Shown here: positions 17,036 through 26,035 of the stretch, in pieces
Numbering within the stretch: the first letter of the stretch is position 1
Layout of the letters: the number at the start of each line of letters is the position of its first letter
Source of the DNA: an uncultured Actinomycetes bacterium
GTDB lineage: Bacteria; Actinomycetota; Thermoleophilia; UBA2241
DNA: 38,897 nucleotides
Assembly (NCBI GenBank): GCA_963767005.1
Contig: CAVYCN010000015.1
Coordinates: 1-38,897, forward strand
Direction: 5' to 3'
Program-made: the position numbers and the translations under genes
Notes under the pieces: model-generated
What the model was told of the DNA's origin: nothing
Database searches by the model: none
The model's input: only the letters and a program-made list of their open reading frames with translations

Positions 17036-18559
17036 CTAGGCCAGCGAGCCGACCGCGGCCTCGACCGCCTCGAGCACCTCGCATGAGGCGATCAGGGCGG
17101 CCATCGCGTTGTGGTCGGTGAACAGCGGACGGTCCTCGCCCAAGTGGGCGACGTGGCGTCGCACCACCTCGTGCGCCGCGCGCACCCCGGCGCCCGGGGT
17201 GAAGTCGCGGAAGTCGAGCGCCTGGGCCGCCGCCATGAGCTCGATGCCCACCACGGCGCGGCCGTTCTCGAGGATCTGACGGTTCTTCAGGGCCGTGTTC
17301 ATGCCCATCGAGACGAAGTCCTCCTGGTCGGCGGCGGCCGGGATCGACATGGTCGAGGCCGGCGCCGACAGAATGCGCTGCTCGGTGATCAGCATGTCGG
17401 CGGTGTACTGACTGAGCATCAGTCCCGAGTAGAAGCCGGGCTCGGCCGTAAGAAAGTCGGGCAGCCCCTGGCTGAGCGCCGGGTTCTCGAGCCGGTTCAT
17501 GCGCCGCTCAGACAGCACGCTCACCATGGTGATGGCCTGGCCGACCAGCTCCATCGGCAGCGACACCGGCGTGCCCTGGAAGTTGGCGCCGGTCAGCGTG
17601 AGCCTGTCCTCGGGGATGAAGATCGGGTTGTCGCCGACCCCGTTCAGCTCGATCTCGACCTGGCTGCGCGCCCAGGCCACGGCGTCGTGCGCCGCGCCGA
17701 TCACCTGCGGCGAGGAGCGCATGGAGTAGGCGTCCTGCACCTTGGTCTTGATCTTGCCGGTGGCGAGGTCGGAGCCCGCGATGCAGCGCCTGATGGCGGC
17801 CGCGCTGCGCACCGCGCCGGCGAAGCCGCGCAGCTCGTGCAGGCGGGTGTCGTAAGGCTTCAGGTTGGCGAGCAGCGCCTCGAGGCTCATGGCGCAGGCG
17901 ATCTCGGCCTGGCGCAGCCAGCGGTCGGCGTCGTAGAGCAGCAGGGCGCTCATCGAGGTGAGCACGTTCGAGCCGTTGATCGTGCCCAGGCCATCGCGCG
18001 CCTGCAGGCCGGGGGCCTCGATGCCGGCGCGCTCGAGGGCGACCCTGGTGGCCATGCGCTCGCCGCCGTAGAACGACTCGCCCTCGGCCATGAGCGACAG
18101 GGCGAGCTGGGCCATGGGGGCGAGGTCGCCGCAGGCGCCGACCGAGCCCTTGGTGCACACGACCGGCGTGACGCCCGCGTTCAGCATGGCGACCAGCGTC
18201 TGCGTGATCAACGGCCGGATGCCGGAGTTGCCGTGGGCGTGCACGTTGACGCGCGCCGCCATGGCGGCGCGCACCACCTCGACCGGCAGCGGCTCGCCGA
18301 AGCCGGCGGCGTGGTTGTAGACGAGCGCGCGCTGGAACAGCGGGACCTGCTCGTCGGAGAGCACGACCTCGGAGAACTCACCGATGCCGGTGTTGGTGCC
18401 GTACATGATCTCGTGCGCGGCCAGCTTCTCTTCGAGCATGACGCGGCACACCTCGATGCGCTTCAGGGCCGCGGGCGCAAGCTCCACGGGCTCGCCCTCG
18501 CGGGCGATGCCCACGAGCTTCTCGACGGTGAGCGAGTGGCCATCAAGCGTGATCGACAC
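17036..18559 (-). CDS. MIO-dependent aromatic amino-acid ammonia-lyase (HAL/PAL/TAL family, HutH-like)
   Basis: MYGTNTGIG, GSVGACGDLAP (MIO tripeptide position), INGS, VQDAYSMR..PQV, DNP, GANFQG and QEDFVSMG. AAGGAG RBS then GTG. Confidence 0.93.
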   Translation of the reverse strand: MSITLDGHSLTVEKLVGIAREGEPVELAPAALKRIEVCRVMLEEKLAAHEIMYGTNTGIGEFSEVVLSDEQVPLFQRALVYNHAAGFGEPLPVEVVRAAMAARVNVHAHGNSGIRPLITQTLVAMLNAGVTPVVCTKGSVGACGDLAPMAQLALSLMAEGESFYGGERMATRVALERAGIEAPGLQARDGLGTINGSNVLTSMSALLLYDADRWLRQAEIACAMSLEALLANLKPYDTRLHELRGFAGAVRSAAAIRRCIAGSDLATGKIKTKVQDAYSMRSSPQVIGAAHDAVAWARSQVEIELNGVGDNPIFIPEDRLTLTGANFQGTPVSLPMELVGQAITMVSVLSERRMNRLENPALSQGLPDFLTAEPGFYSGLMLSQYTADMLITEQRILSAPASTMSIPAAADQEDFVSMGMNTALKNRQILENGRAVVGIELMAAAQALDFRDFTPGAGVRAAHEVVRRHVAHLGEDRPLFTDHNAMAALIASCEVLEAVEAAVGSLA

Positions 18560-18898
18560 AGGGACTCTCCTTTTCGCTGCACCGGACCACGGCCGGCGCT
18601 CTCGTTGCCTGCCGGTAGCCTACCGCCGCAGGCATCGAGCGCAACCGCCGCGGGCGCCGGACGCGCCCGCCGGCCACGTCCGTGCGCCGCATTCACCGCC
18701 CGGCGAGCCCGCGCCGGCCACCGCCGGCAGCCGTCCATCGGTGTAGGAGCGCCGCCGCGCCGGGCAAGCATGAGCGAAGGGCTGCCGGTCCGGCGGGCGT
18801 CCACGCCCGGCCGCCGCGGCGGCCGCGGAGACGATCACACGGCGCAGGCGGCCTCGGCGGCCGCCGGGAACGGCGTTCCGTGCAGGAGGTGCGGACTC

Positions 18899-19396
18899 AT
18901 GAGGAGGACACCCACAAGGATCTGGAGCGGCCGGCTCGCGCTCGTGGCGAGCCTGGTCGCGCTGCCGCTGATCGTGGCGGCCTGCGGCAGCAAGTCGAAC
19001 GCCGCGACCACGCCGTCGGCCTCGCCGAGCGCGTCCGCGAGTACCTCGGCGACCGCGCAGATCACGGCCGACTGGCAGAAGTTCTTCGCCGGCACGACGG
19101 CGGCCGCGGCCAAGCAGGCCCTGCTGCAGAGCGGCGCCCAGTTCGCCAGCGTGCTCAAGGCGCAGGCGAGCTCGGCGATCGCCAAGGCGACCACGGCCAA
19201 GGTCTCGGCCGTCAAGGTCACGTCACCGACGACGGCGACCGTGACGTACTCGATCGTCCAGGGCGGTCAGGTCGTGCTGCCCAACCAGCAGGGCCAGGCG
19301 GTGCTCCAGGGCGGTGTCTGGAAGGTGTCGGCACCGAGCTTCCAGGCGCTGCTCAAGCTGGAGCAGGGCGCCGGCTCGGCCTCGCCGTCGCCGTAA
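18899..19396 (+). CDS. Lipoprotein of unknown function (actinobacterial type with a WKVS C-terminal strand)
   Basis: AGGAGG RBS, signal peptide with lipobox VAAC, Ser/Ala/Pro linker, high-GC3 codon usage. Confidence 0.85.
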   Translation: MRRTPTRIWSGRLALVASLVALPLIVAACGSKSNAATTPSASPSASASTSATAQITADWQKFFAGTTAAAAKQALLQSGAQFASVLKAQASSAIAKATTAKVSAVKVTSPTTATVTYSIVQGGQVVLPNQQGQAVLQGGVWKVSAPSFQALLKLEQGAGSASPSP

Positions 19397-19405
19397 GCGA
19401 CACAC

Positions 19406-21028
19406 ATGGCGCAGCCCCTTCCCTGCCCGGACCGCGCTGAGCGCGGCGCGGCGCCGGCCGCCGACGGCGGCCGGCGCCGCGCCCTCGCCACCTTAAGCGC
19501 CGTCCTGTTCCTGACGTTCCTCGACACGACGATCGTCAGCGTCGCCCTCGCCGACGTGCAGAGCAGCCTGCACGCCGGCGTCTCGGAGCTGCAGTGGGTC
19601 GTGAACGGCTACGCCCTGACCTTCGCCGGGCTCATGCTCGGCATGGGCACTCTGGGCGACCGGCTGGGGCGCAAGCGCGTCATGCTGGGCGGCCTCGCCG
19701 TGTTCATCGGAGGCTCGCTGTTCGGCGCGCTTGCACCGAGCGTCACGCTCCTGGTCGCGGCACGCGTCGTGATGGGCGTGGGCGCCGCGGCGAGCGAGCC
19801 CGGCACCCTGTCGATCATGCGCCACCTCTACCCGGAGCGAGCGCAGCGCGCCCGCGCCCTGGGAGTGTGGGCCGCCGTCGCCGCTCTCGCGCTCGCCATG
19901 GGCCCCGTCATCGGCGGCGTGCTGGTCGGCCTGGGCGGCTGGCGCGCCGTGTTCTGGTTCAACCTCGGCGCCGGCCTGATCGCCCTGCTGGCCGCCGCGG
20001 CGACGGTGCCCGAGAGCGCCGACCCCCAGGCAGGCCGGATCGACGTGCCCGGCTTCGTGCTCGGGCCGGTGGCGCTCGGCGCCGCCATCTTCGCCGTGAT
20101 CCACGGCGAGACCACGGGCTACGCGGCGGCGTCGGTGATCGCGCTCTTCGCGCTGGCCGCCGCGGCCGGCATCGCGTTCATCGCCGTCGAGCAGCGCAGC
20201 CGCGCCCCGATCTTCGACCACCGCTATCTCCTGCGGGCGCCGTTCACCGGTGTGCTCACGGTCGCCTTCGCCGCCTACTTCGGCATCTTCTCTATCTTCT
20301 TCTTCACCGCGCTCTACCTGCAGGTCGTGGTCGGCTACTCCGCCTACCGCACGGCGGCGCTGTTCGTGCCCATGGCAATCGCCATGATCGCCGCCTCGGC
20401 CCTGACCGGGCGCTGGGTGGCGCGCGCCGGGCCGCGCCTGCCGATCGTGCTCGGCTGCCTCGCGTCCGGCCTCGGCATGCTGGTCACCGACGCGGCCTTG
20501 CGCGGCCACGTAAGCGCCGTCACCGTGGCGCCGGCGCTCGCCCTCGCCGGCCTCGGGTTCGGCGTGGCCGTCGTGCCGGCCACGAGCGTGGCGCTCGCCG
20601 AGGTGCCGGCGGCCCACTCGGGCATGGCCGCCGGCGCGACCACGACCGCCCGCGAGCTGGGTTCGGTGGTCGGCGTCGCCGTCCTCGGCTCGCTCGTCAA
20701 CGGTCACCTCACCGTCGACCTCAGCCACCGGCTCGCGGCGCTCGGTGTGCCGGCCGGCTTTCGCAGCGTCGTCATCAACGCCGTCGAGACCGGCCAGGCG
20801 CCGCACGGCGGCAACGGCGTCGCCGGCGCCGAGCAGGCGTTCGGGCCGATCGTCGCCCATGTGGTCGAGGCCGCCTACGGCGCCTTTCGCACCGGCCTGT
20901 CGATCTCGCTCGTGGTCGCCGGCGTCGTGATCATCGCGGCGGGCGCGATCGCCTGGTTCGCCCTCGCCGCTATCCGCCCGCCCGCCGAGGACGGGACGAT
21001 CGACGACAGACCGGCGAGCACCGCCTGA
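19406..21028 (+). CDS. MFS transporter, DHA2 (14-TMS drug:H+ antiporter) family
   Basis: LDTTIVSVAL, LQWVVNGYAL, GTLGDRLGRKR, GPVIGG..GWRAVFWFN. Confidence 0.95.
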   Translation: MAQPLPCPDRAERGAAPAADGGRRRALATLSAVLFLTFLDTTIVSVALADVQSSLHAGVSELQWVVNGYALTFAGLMLGMGTLGDRLGRKRVMLGGLAVFIGGSLFGALAPSVTLLVAARVVMGVGAAASEPGTLSIMRHLYPERAQRARALGVWAAVAALALAMGPVIGGVLVGLGGWRAVFWFNLGAGLIALLAAAATVPESADPQAGRIDVPGFVLGPVALGAAIFAVIHGETTGYAAASVIALFALAAAAGIAFIAVEQRSRAPIFDHRYLLRAPFTGVLTVAFAAYFGIFSIFFFTALYLQVVVGYSAYRTAALFVPMAIAMIAASALTGRWVARAGPRLPIVLGCLASGLGMLVTDAALRGHVSAVTVAPALALAGLGFGVAVVPATSVALAEVPAAHSGMAAGATTTARELGSVVGVAVLGSLVNGHLTVDLSHRLAALGVPAGFRSVVINAVETGQAPHGGNGVAGAEQAFGPIVAHVVEAAYGAFRTGLSISLVVAGVVIIAAGAIAWFALAAIRPPAEDGTIDDRPASTA

Positions 21029-21103
21029 ACGGCGCTCCGGCCCGGCAAGAGGGCGTTCGCCCTGCCGGTCCGGACCCGCCCGCCCCTGCCGGGCGCGCGC
21101 CTG

Positions 21104-21811
21104 CTAGGCGGCGCGCAGCAAGGATTCGGCCTCGAGCGCTCCCGCCGGGGTCTCCTCGTGCTTGAAGACGAGGTAGACGTCGTGGCCGGCGTCGAGCAGC
21201 CGGCGGGCGCGCGCGCCGATGGCGGCCAGCTCGTCGGCGCTGTATGCCGGCTTGCGCAGGCGCTCGTAGACGAAGTCGGCGGTCACGACCTCGGGCACGA
21301 CGAGCCTCTCGGTCTCGGCCACGCAGAGCGCCACGCCGTGGGCCCGCAGCAGCTCGTAGACCTCGTCGGTGAACCACGAGTCGTGACGGAACTCGATCGT
21401 GGCGCGCAGTCCCGGCGGCAGCAGCTCGAGAAAGGCCGCGAGGCGGGGCAGGTCGAGCCGCAGGTAGGGCGGGAGCTGGAACAGGACCGGGCCGAGCCTG
21501 CCGGCCGCGCGCAGCGGTTCGAGCGACTGCAGGAAGAAGGCGGTCGGTTCGCCGGCGTCGAGCAGGCGGGCGACGTGCGTGATGCGCTGGTGCGCCTTGA
21601 CGGCGAACACGAAGCCCGGTGGCGTACCGGCCACCCAGGCGTCGAGCGTCTCGCGCCGCGGCGTGCGCCGGAACGTGTAGTTGATCTCGACGCAGTTCAG
21701 GCGGGCGGCGTAGTGCTCGAGAAAGCGCGCCTGCGCGACGTCGGCCGGGTAGAAGCCCGGCTTCCAGGCGGGATAGGCGAAGCCCGATGTTCCGGCGTAC
21801 AGATGTGCCAT
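21104..21811 (-). CDS. DUF72 (YecE-like) domain protein
   Basis: GTSGFAYPAW, VEINYTF, FAVKAHQRITH, LFQLPP and EFRHDSW. Confidence 0.93.
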   Translation of the reverse strand: MAHLYAGTSGFAYPAWKPGFYPADVAQARFLEHYAARLNCVEINYTFRRTPRRETLDAWVAGTPPGFVFAVKAHQRITHVARLLDAGEPTAFFLQSLEPLRAAGRLGPVLFQLPPYLRLDLPRLAAFLELLPPGLRATIEFRHDSWFTDEVYELLRAHGVALCVAETERLVVPEVVTADFVYERLRKPAYSADELAAIGARARRLLDAGHDVYLVFKHEETPAGALEAESLLRAA

Positions 21812-21940
21812 GAGTGGCAGGTACCCGGCTCGAGGCCCTGCGCGGTGACCGTTGCCGTTTGCGGGCGGCCCGGATCGGCGTTCGCCGGCGCGGGCGGCCG
21901 GAAACGGCTTGCGCCGTTCCCGGCCGCCCGCGCCGAGCCC

Positions 21941-23401
21941 TCAGACCGTCGCAGTGTGCTCGACCGGCTCCTCGCCCGTGCCGCCGCCGACCGGCCGGCC
22001 GCCGAGCCTGCGCTTGAAGTACAGGTACGCGACCGGCCCGGTCAGCATGGCGAGCACCCCTCCGATGCCGTACCAGCCGAACGTCCAGCCGAGGACCGTG
22101 AACGAGGCGTGCCCAAAGACGGTCGTGCTCGTGTCGATCGCGTTGGTGTACAGCGTGAGCAAGGCGATGAAGATCGCCGGCGCGCAGATCGCGATGAGCA
22201 CCTTCGTACCGCCCCAGATGCGGAAAGGCCGCTCCAGGCCGGGCTCCTTCTGGCGCAGGCGGATCGCGGCGACGAAGATGAGCAGGTAGTAGAGCATGTT
22301 CAGGAAGACATCGATGACGACGAGGTTGGCGAAGGTCCCGATGATCAGCACCATGTTGAGCCCGGCGAGGAACAGGATCGAGATCCAGGGCGTGCCGAAC
22401 TTGCGGTGCGCTCTCGACAGCGACTTCGGCAGCAGGTTGTCCTCGGCCATGGCGTACGCAGGTCGCGACCCCGAGGTGAGGTAGTCCTGATAGAGCGCCA
22501 TGTTGCTGATCACGGCTGCCCCCAGCATGGCATAGCCGAGGATCGGTCCGCCCAGGTCCCTGGCCACGCTGACGAACGTCGTCTGGCCGTCACCGGTGCC
22601 CCAGGACGCCCAGTGACCCCAGCCGGCGATCCCCACCAGCGTCGGGATGAAATACAGCGCCACGACGATCGGCATGGCGATCATGAGCGCCCGCGGGATG
22701 ATGAAGCGCGGCCGCTCCATCTCGCCGGCGATGGTCGACATCGAGTCGTAGCCCGAGTACATCCAGACGCCCACGGCGAGCCCGAGGTTCAGGCTGCTGA
22801 AGATCGACTGGCCGTGGGGGACGAAGGGCTGGAACGGGCCGACGTGCCAGTGCGTGAAACCGAGGACGATCAGGGCCAGGAACGGTACCACGATGATGAT
22901 CGTGAACAGCACCGAGCTGATCGCGATGATGTTCAGCCCACGGATGTTCGTGTAGGCGAACAAGGCGATCAGCACCGCGCCGATGCCCCAGATCTCCCAG
23001 CCGGAGAGCTGCGGCCACCAGCCATGCACGTACACCTGGATCAGCGCGATGTAGACGGCCGAGTCGACCCACTGGCAGGTCCACGACCACCAGCCGCACT
23101 GAAAACCCCAGAACTCACCCAGGGCGCGCCGTGTCCAGGCGTAGTAGCCGCCCTCCTCGGGCAGCGCCGAGCCGAGCTCCGAGCAGACCAGGGCCATCGG
23201 CATCGCCCAGAAGACGGGCAGCAGGAGCAGCATGAGGAGCGTGAGCCCCGGCCCCGACCACGAGATCATGTCCTCGATACCGAAGGCGCCCGAGCTCACG
23301 AAGATGAAGATCATGGCCACCGCGGTCAGGACCGGGATCCTGACCTTGCGCAGCGCGCTTGCCGCCCCCGGCGTCTCGACCGACTGCATGAGATCTGTCA
23401 T
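21941..23401 (-). CDS. APC-family amino acid/polyamine permease
   Basis: SSGAFGIED, ELGSALPEEGGYYAW, WMYSGYD, SRPAYAMA and LRQKEPGLERPF, with about 12 TM segments. Confidence 0.93.
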   Translation of the reverse strand: MTDLMQSVETPGAASALRKVRIPVLTAVAMIFIFVSSGAFGIEDMISWSGPGLTLLMLLLLPVFWAMPMALVCSELGSALPEEGGYYAWTRRALGEFWGFQCGWWSWTCQWVDSAVYIALIQVYVHGWWPQLSGWEIWGIGAVLIALFAYTNIRGLNIIAISSVLFTIIIVVPFLALIVLGFTHWHVGPFQPFVPHGQSIFSSLNLGLAVGVWMYSGYDSMSTIAGEMERPRFIIPRALMIAMPIVVALYFIPTLVGIAGWGHWASWGTGDGQTTFVSVARDLGGPILGYAMLGAAVISNMALYQDYLTSGSRPAYAMAEDNLLPKSLSRAHRKFGTPWISILFLAGLNMVLIIGTFANLVVIDVFLNMLYYLLIFVAAIRLRQKEPGLERPFRIWGGTKVLIAICAPAIFIALLTLYTNAIDTSTTVFGHASFTVLGWTFGWYGIGGVLAMLTGPVAYLYFKRRLGGRPVGGGTGEEPVEHTATV

Positions 23402-23447
23402 GCGACCCTCCCCCCGAAGGTCGGTTGGACCGTCACCGGCGCCGAGT

Positions 23448-24680
23448 CTAGCGGCTCTGCGTCATCAGGTCGGCCGCCCGCGGTTGCTCGAGCGGCAGGT
23501 CGACCACTCCCCACGGTGCGCCGTGCTTGGTCATGAGATCGAGGAACGGCGCCGGGTCGATCTGCTCGGGAGCGAAGACTCCCTTCGCCGTGTGGATCCC
23601 CTTCGCCTGGAGCAGCGCGCCGCAGGCCGCCGGCACGCCGGTCTGGTAGCCGGTGCCCTGCACGCCCATCGTGCGGTAGGCCTCGTCGTGCGAGGTCATC
23701 TGGTACATGTAGCGCCGCGTCGCTTTGCCGGCGATGGTGCCCTCGCAGAGCGCCCCCACGCAGACCGCGCCGTGCAGGCGGCCGATCAGGTCGACCGCCT
23801 TGGGCAGGCGCGATACGAGCAGGTCGAGCGGGCGGAAGCGGGCGCCCTCGAACTCGATCTCCTTGTTGTGGTCGAAGCCCAGCTTGCGCCAGGTGAGCAG
23901 CAGGTCGACCCACTCGTCGGCCAGGGCGATGAAGAAGTCGGCGTCGCGCAGCCCTTTGTCGCTCAGGAACATGGGCATGAGCTGGGCCTCTTCGTGGTCG
24001 ACGTTCCACACCTTGAGCTTGCCGACCGGCGCCGGAAAGTCGAACTCGCGGGTGACGGCGAGCGACGTGCGGCGGATCGTCTTGCCGTCCTCGAAGGCGT
24101 GCGGCGGCAGGATGAGGCACTCCTCGACCATCGTCGTCGGCGAGAAGCTCGGCGCGAAGTCGACGCCCTCGGCCGAGCTGTTGTCGCCGTCGTAGACCGT
24201 GAGGCGCTCGACCGTGTCGAACTGGTCGTAGAGCGCGCGGGCGAAGACGTCGCTCGCGCCGGGGTCGATGCCGAAGAACACGAAGGCCGTGAGGCCCTTC
24301 TTCTTGAACTCGGCGTCGAGCGCGATCTCCTCGTCGACGTCGGCGGTGCCGACGATGTCGCGCGGGCCGGCCGCGGCCATGTCGAGGTAGTTCGTGCCGG
24401 ATTCGAGGCAGGCGGCCATGATGTCGAGGTTGACCTCGGGGATGAGCGCGTTGAAGCACAGGTCGACGCCGGCCAGGGCGTGGACGAGCGCCTCCTTGTC
24501 GGTGGCGTCGAGATGCAGCGTCTCGACCTTGCCGGCCGGCAGCTTCGCCGCGACCTGGGCCAAGCGCGCCTCGTCGATATCGGCCAGCACGACGCTGCTC
24601 ACGTCGGGATCGGGGGCCATCGTGCGCGCCGTGACCTCGCCGACCGAACCGACACCCAGTTGCAGGACCCGCATAGCCAT
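23448..24680 (-). CDS. Saccharopine dehydrogenase-like NAD(P)-dependent oxidoreductase (carboxy(nor)spermidine dehydrogenase-like)
   Basis: Rossmann LGVGSVG, NYLDMA, GIDPG, HEE and YQTGVPAA. Confidence 0.88.
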   Translation of the reverse strand: MAMRVLQLGVGSVGEVTARTMAPDPDVSSVVLADIDEARLAQVAAKLPAGKVETLHLDATDKEALVHALAGVDLCFNALIPEVNLDIMAACLESGTNYLDMAAAGPRDIVGTADVDEEIALDAEFKKKGLTAFVFFGIDPGASDVFARALYDQFDTVERLTVYDGDNSSAEGVDFAPSFSPTTMVEECLILPPHAFEDGKTIRRTSLAVTREFDFPAPVGKLKVWNVDHEEAQLMPMFLSDKGLRDADFFIALADEWVDLLLTWRKLGFDHNKEIEFEGARFRPLDLLVSRLPKAVDLIGRLHGAVCVGALCEGTIAGKATRRYMYQMTSHDEAYRTMGVQGTGYQTGVPAACGALLQAKGIHTAKGVFAPEQIDPAPFLDLMTKHGAPWGVVDLPLEQPRAADLMTQSR

Positions 24681-24844
24681 TGCTTCCCCCTTGAGGAACT
24701 TGAGCGGCGCGTGGCTCCAAACTTGCGCGCCGACGCCGGCGACGACCGCCGGTTACCGCAAGATTGTCCCAGCAAAACGGCGTTAATCACAGGGCGATTC
24801 CTTGCCCAAACTTCTTCACCACGTTACAGCGGAACTGATCGTTC

Positions 24845-24873
24845 TTGACCAGCGCGACAGAGCGGCATAAGTT
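24845..24873 (+). promoter_or_regulatory. Leaderless sigma70 promoter of the HTH-GAF regulator
   Basis: TTGACC-N17-TAAGTT-N6-ATG(24880), with no SD. Confidence 0.6.
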
Positions 24874-24879
24874 GCCGCC

Positions 24880-26001
24880 ATGAGTACCTCCGTGAGCGTC
24901 CAGCACGCCGCCCGCCGGCTCGGCGTGTCGCCGGTGACCGTCCGGCGCTGGACGGCGACCGGCTTCCTGCCCTGCACGCGCACCGCCGGCGGCCACCGCC
25001 GCATCGCCGTGGACGACATCGACGAGCTCGCCCGGGCGATCGGCGGCAGCTCGCAGCTCGCCGCCCGCCGCGCTCGCGAGCACGAGCTCGAGACCATCGT
25101 CGAGACGTCGATCGCCCTGGCGAGCGAGGTCGAGCCGCAGCCGCTGCTGGCCGAGATCGCCCGCCTCGTCACGCACCTGATCGACGTCGACTTCTGCGCC
25201 GTGTCGGACTTCGACCCCGGCACGCGCCTCGTGCGCACGCTGGCCGAGTACGACAGAAGCGGCGAGCGCCTGCCCGACACCGAGACCTACGACGTACGGC
25301 GCTTCCCGCTCACCGCCAAGGTGCTCGACGAGCACGTGCCGGCCGTGGTCAACGTCGACGACCCACGGGCCGACCCCGCCGAGGTCGCCGAGCTGCGCGC
25401 CGGCGGCGACCGCAGCCTGCTCATGCTGCCGCTCGTCTACCGCGGCGAGGCGATCGGCCTGCTCGAGGCCAGCGACGCGCGCCGGGCGCGCAGCTACTCG
25501 CGACAGGAGCTGCGGCTCTGCCAGGCGATCGCCGGCCAGGCCGCCGTGGCGCTGCACAACACCTCGCTGCGCGCCGCCTCGCGATCCGACCGCGACGACC
25601 TCGAACGGCTGCGCGAGGCGCTGCGCGCGGCCGCGCCCCCGCTCGCCACGGCGCTGGCCGAGGCCGGCGAGGGGGCGCGGCTCGAGCGCCTCGCGCGCGA
25701 CCTGTGCGACCTGCTCGGCGCGGTGTCGTGCGTGGTGGCCACGCCGCGCCGCTCGGCCGGCGCGGCGCGTCAGCCGGGCGCCATCGCCGCGATCGGAGCG
25801 CCGGCGAGCGCCGCCGCCGGGGAGATCTCGGAGCCCGATCGGGCCGCCACGCCCATGCCGCCGGCCACGGCCCACATAATGACGGGGCTCAGTACCGACG
25901 GCAGCGTCACGCTGACCGTGACGCTCGACCGGCCGCCGTCGGTGGGGCTTGCGGAGCTGCTCGACCTGATCGCCACGGTCGTAGCAGGCGGCCGGCGCTG
26001 A
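24880..26001 (+). CDS. Regulator with N-terminal excisionase/BldC-like (MerR-type) HTH fused to a GAF domain
   Basis: AARRLGVSPVTVRRW..G.LPCTRTAGGHRRI, then GAF motif RSLLMLPLVYRGEAIGLL...AIAGQAAVALHN. Confidence 0.88.
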   Translation: MSTSVSVQHAARRLGVSPVTVRRWTATGFLPCTRTAGGHRRIAVDDIDELARAIGGSSQLAARRAREHELETIVETSIALASEVEPQPLLAEIARLVTHLIDVDFCAVSDFDPGTRLVRTLAEYDRSGERLPDTETYDVRRFPLTAKVLDEHVPAVVNVDDPRADPAEVAELRAGGDRSLLMLPLVYRGEAIGLLEASDARRARSYSRQELRLCQAIAGQAAVALHNTSLRAASRSDRDDLERLREALRAAAPPLATALAEAGEGARLERLARDLCDLLGAVSCVVATPRRSAGAARQPGAIAAIGAPASAAAGEISEPDRAATPMPPATAHIMTGLSTDGSVTLTVTLDRPPSVGLAELLDLIATVVAGGRR

Positions 26002-26035
26002 AGCCGGAGCCCCTTCGACTCCGGCGCCCTCTCCC

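Noticed and set aside
18704-18714. CGAGCCCGCGC upstream of the lyase, matching 11 nt of the paralog leader motif
   Set aside because: Nearly all G/C in a very GC-rich spacer and without the same flanking arrangement. Likely chance.
17111-19396. 761-aa plus-strand ORF
   Set aside because: Only the last 165 aa (lipoprotein from ATG 18899) is credible. The rest is antisense to the lyase.
24756-24772. Sigma54-like TGGGAC...TTGC upstream of the dehydrogenase
   Set aside because: The GG-to-GC spacing is 9 or fewer rather than 10 nt, and no enhancer-binding protein is nearby.
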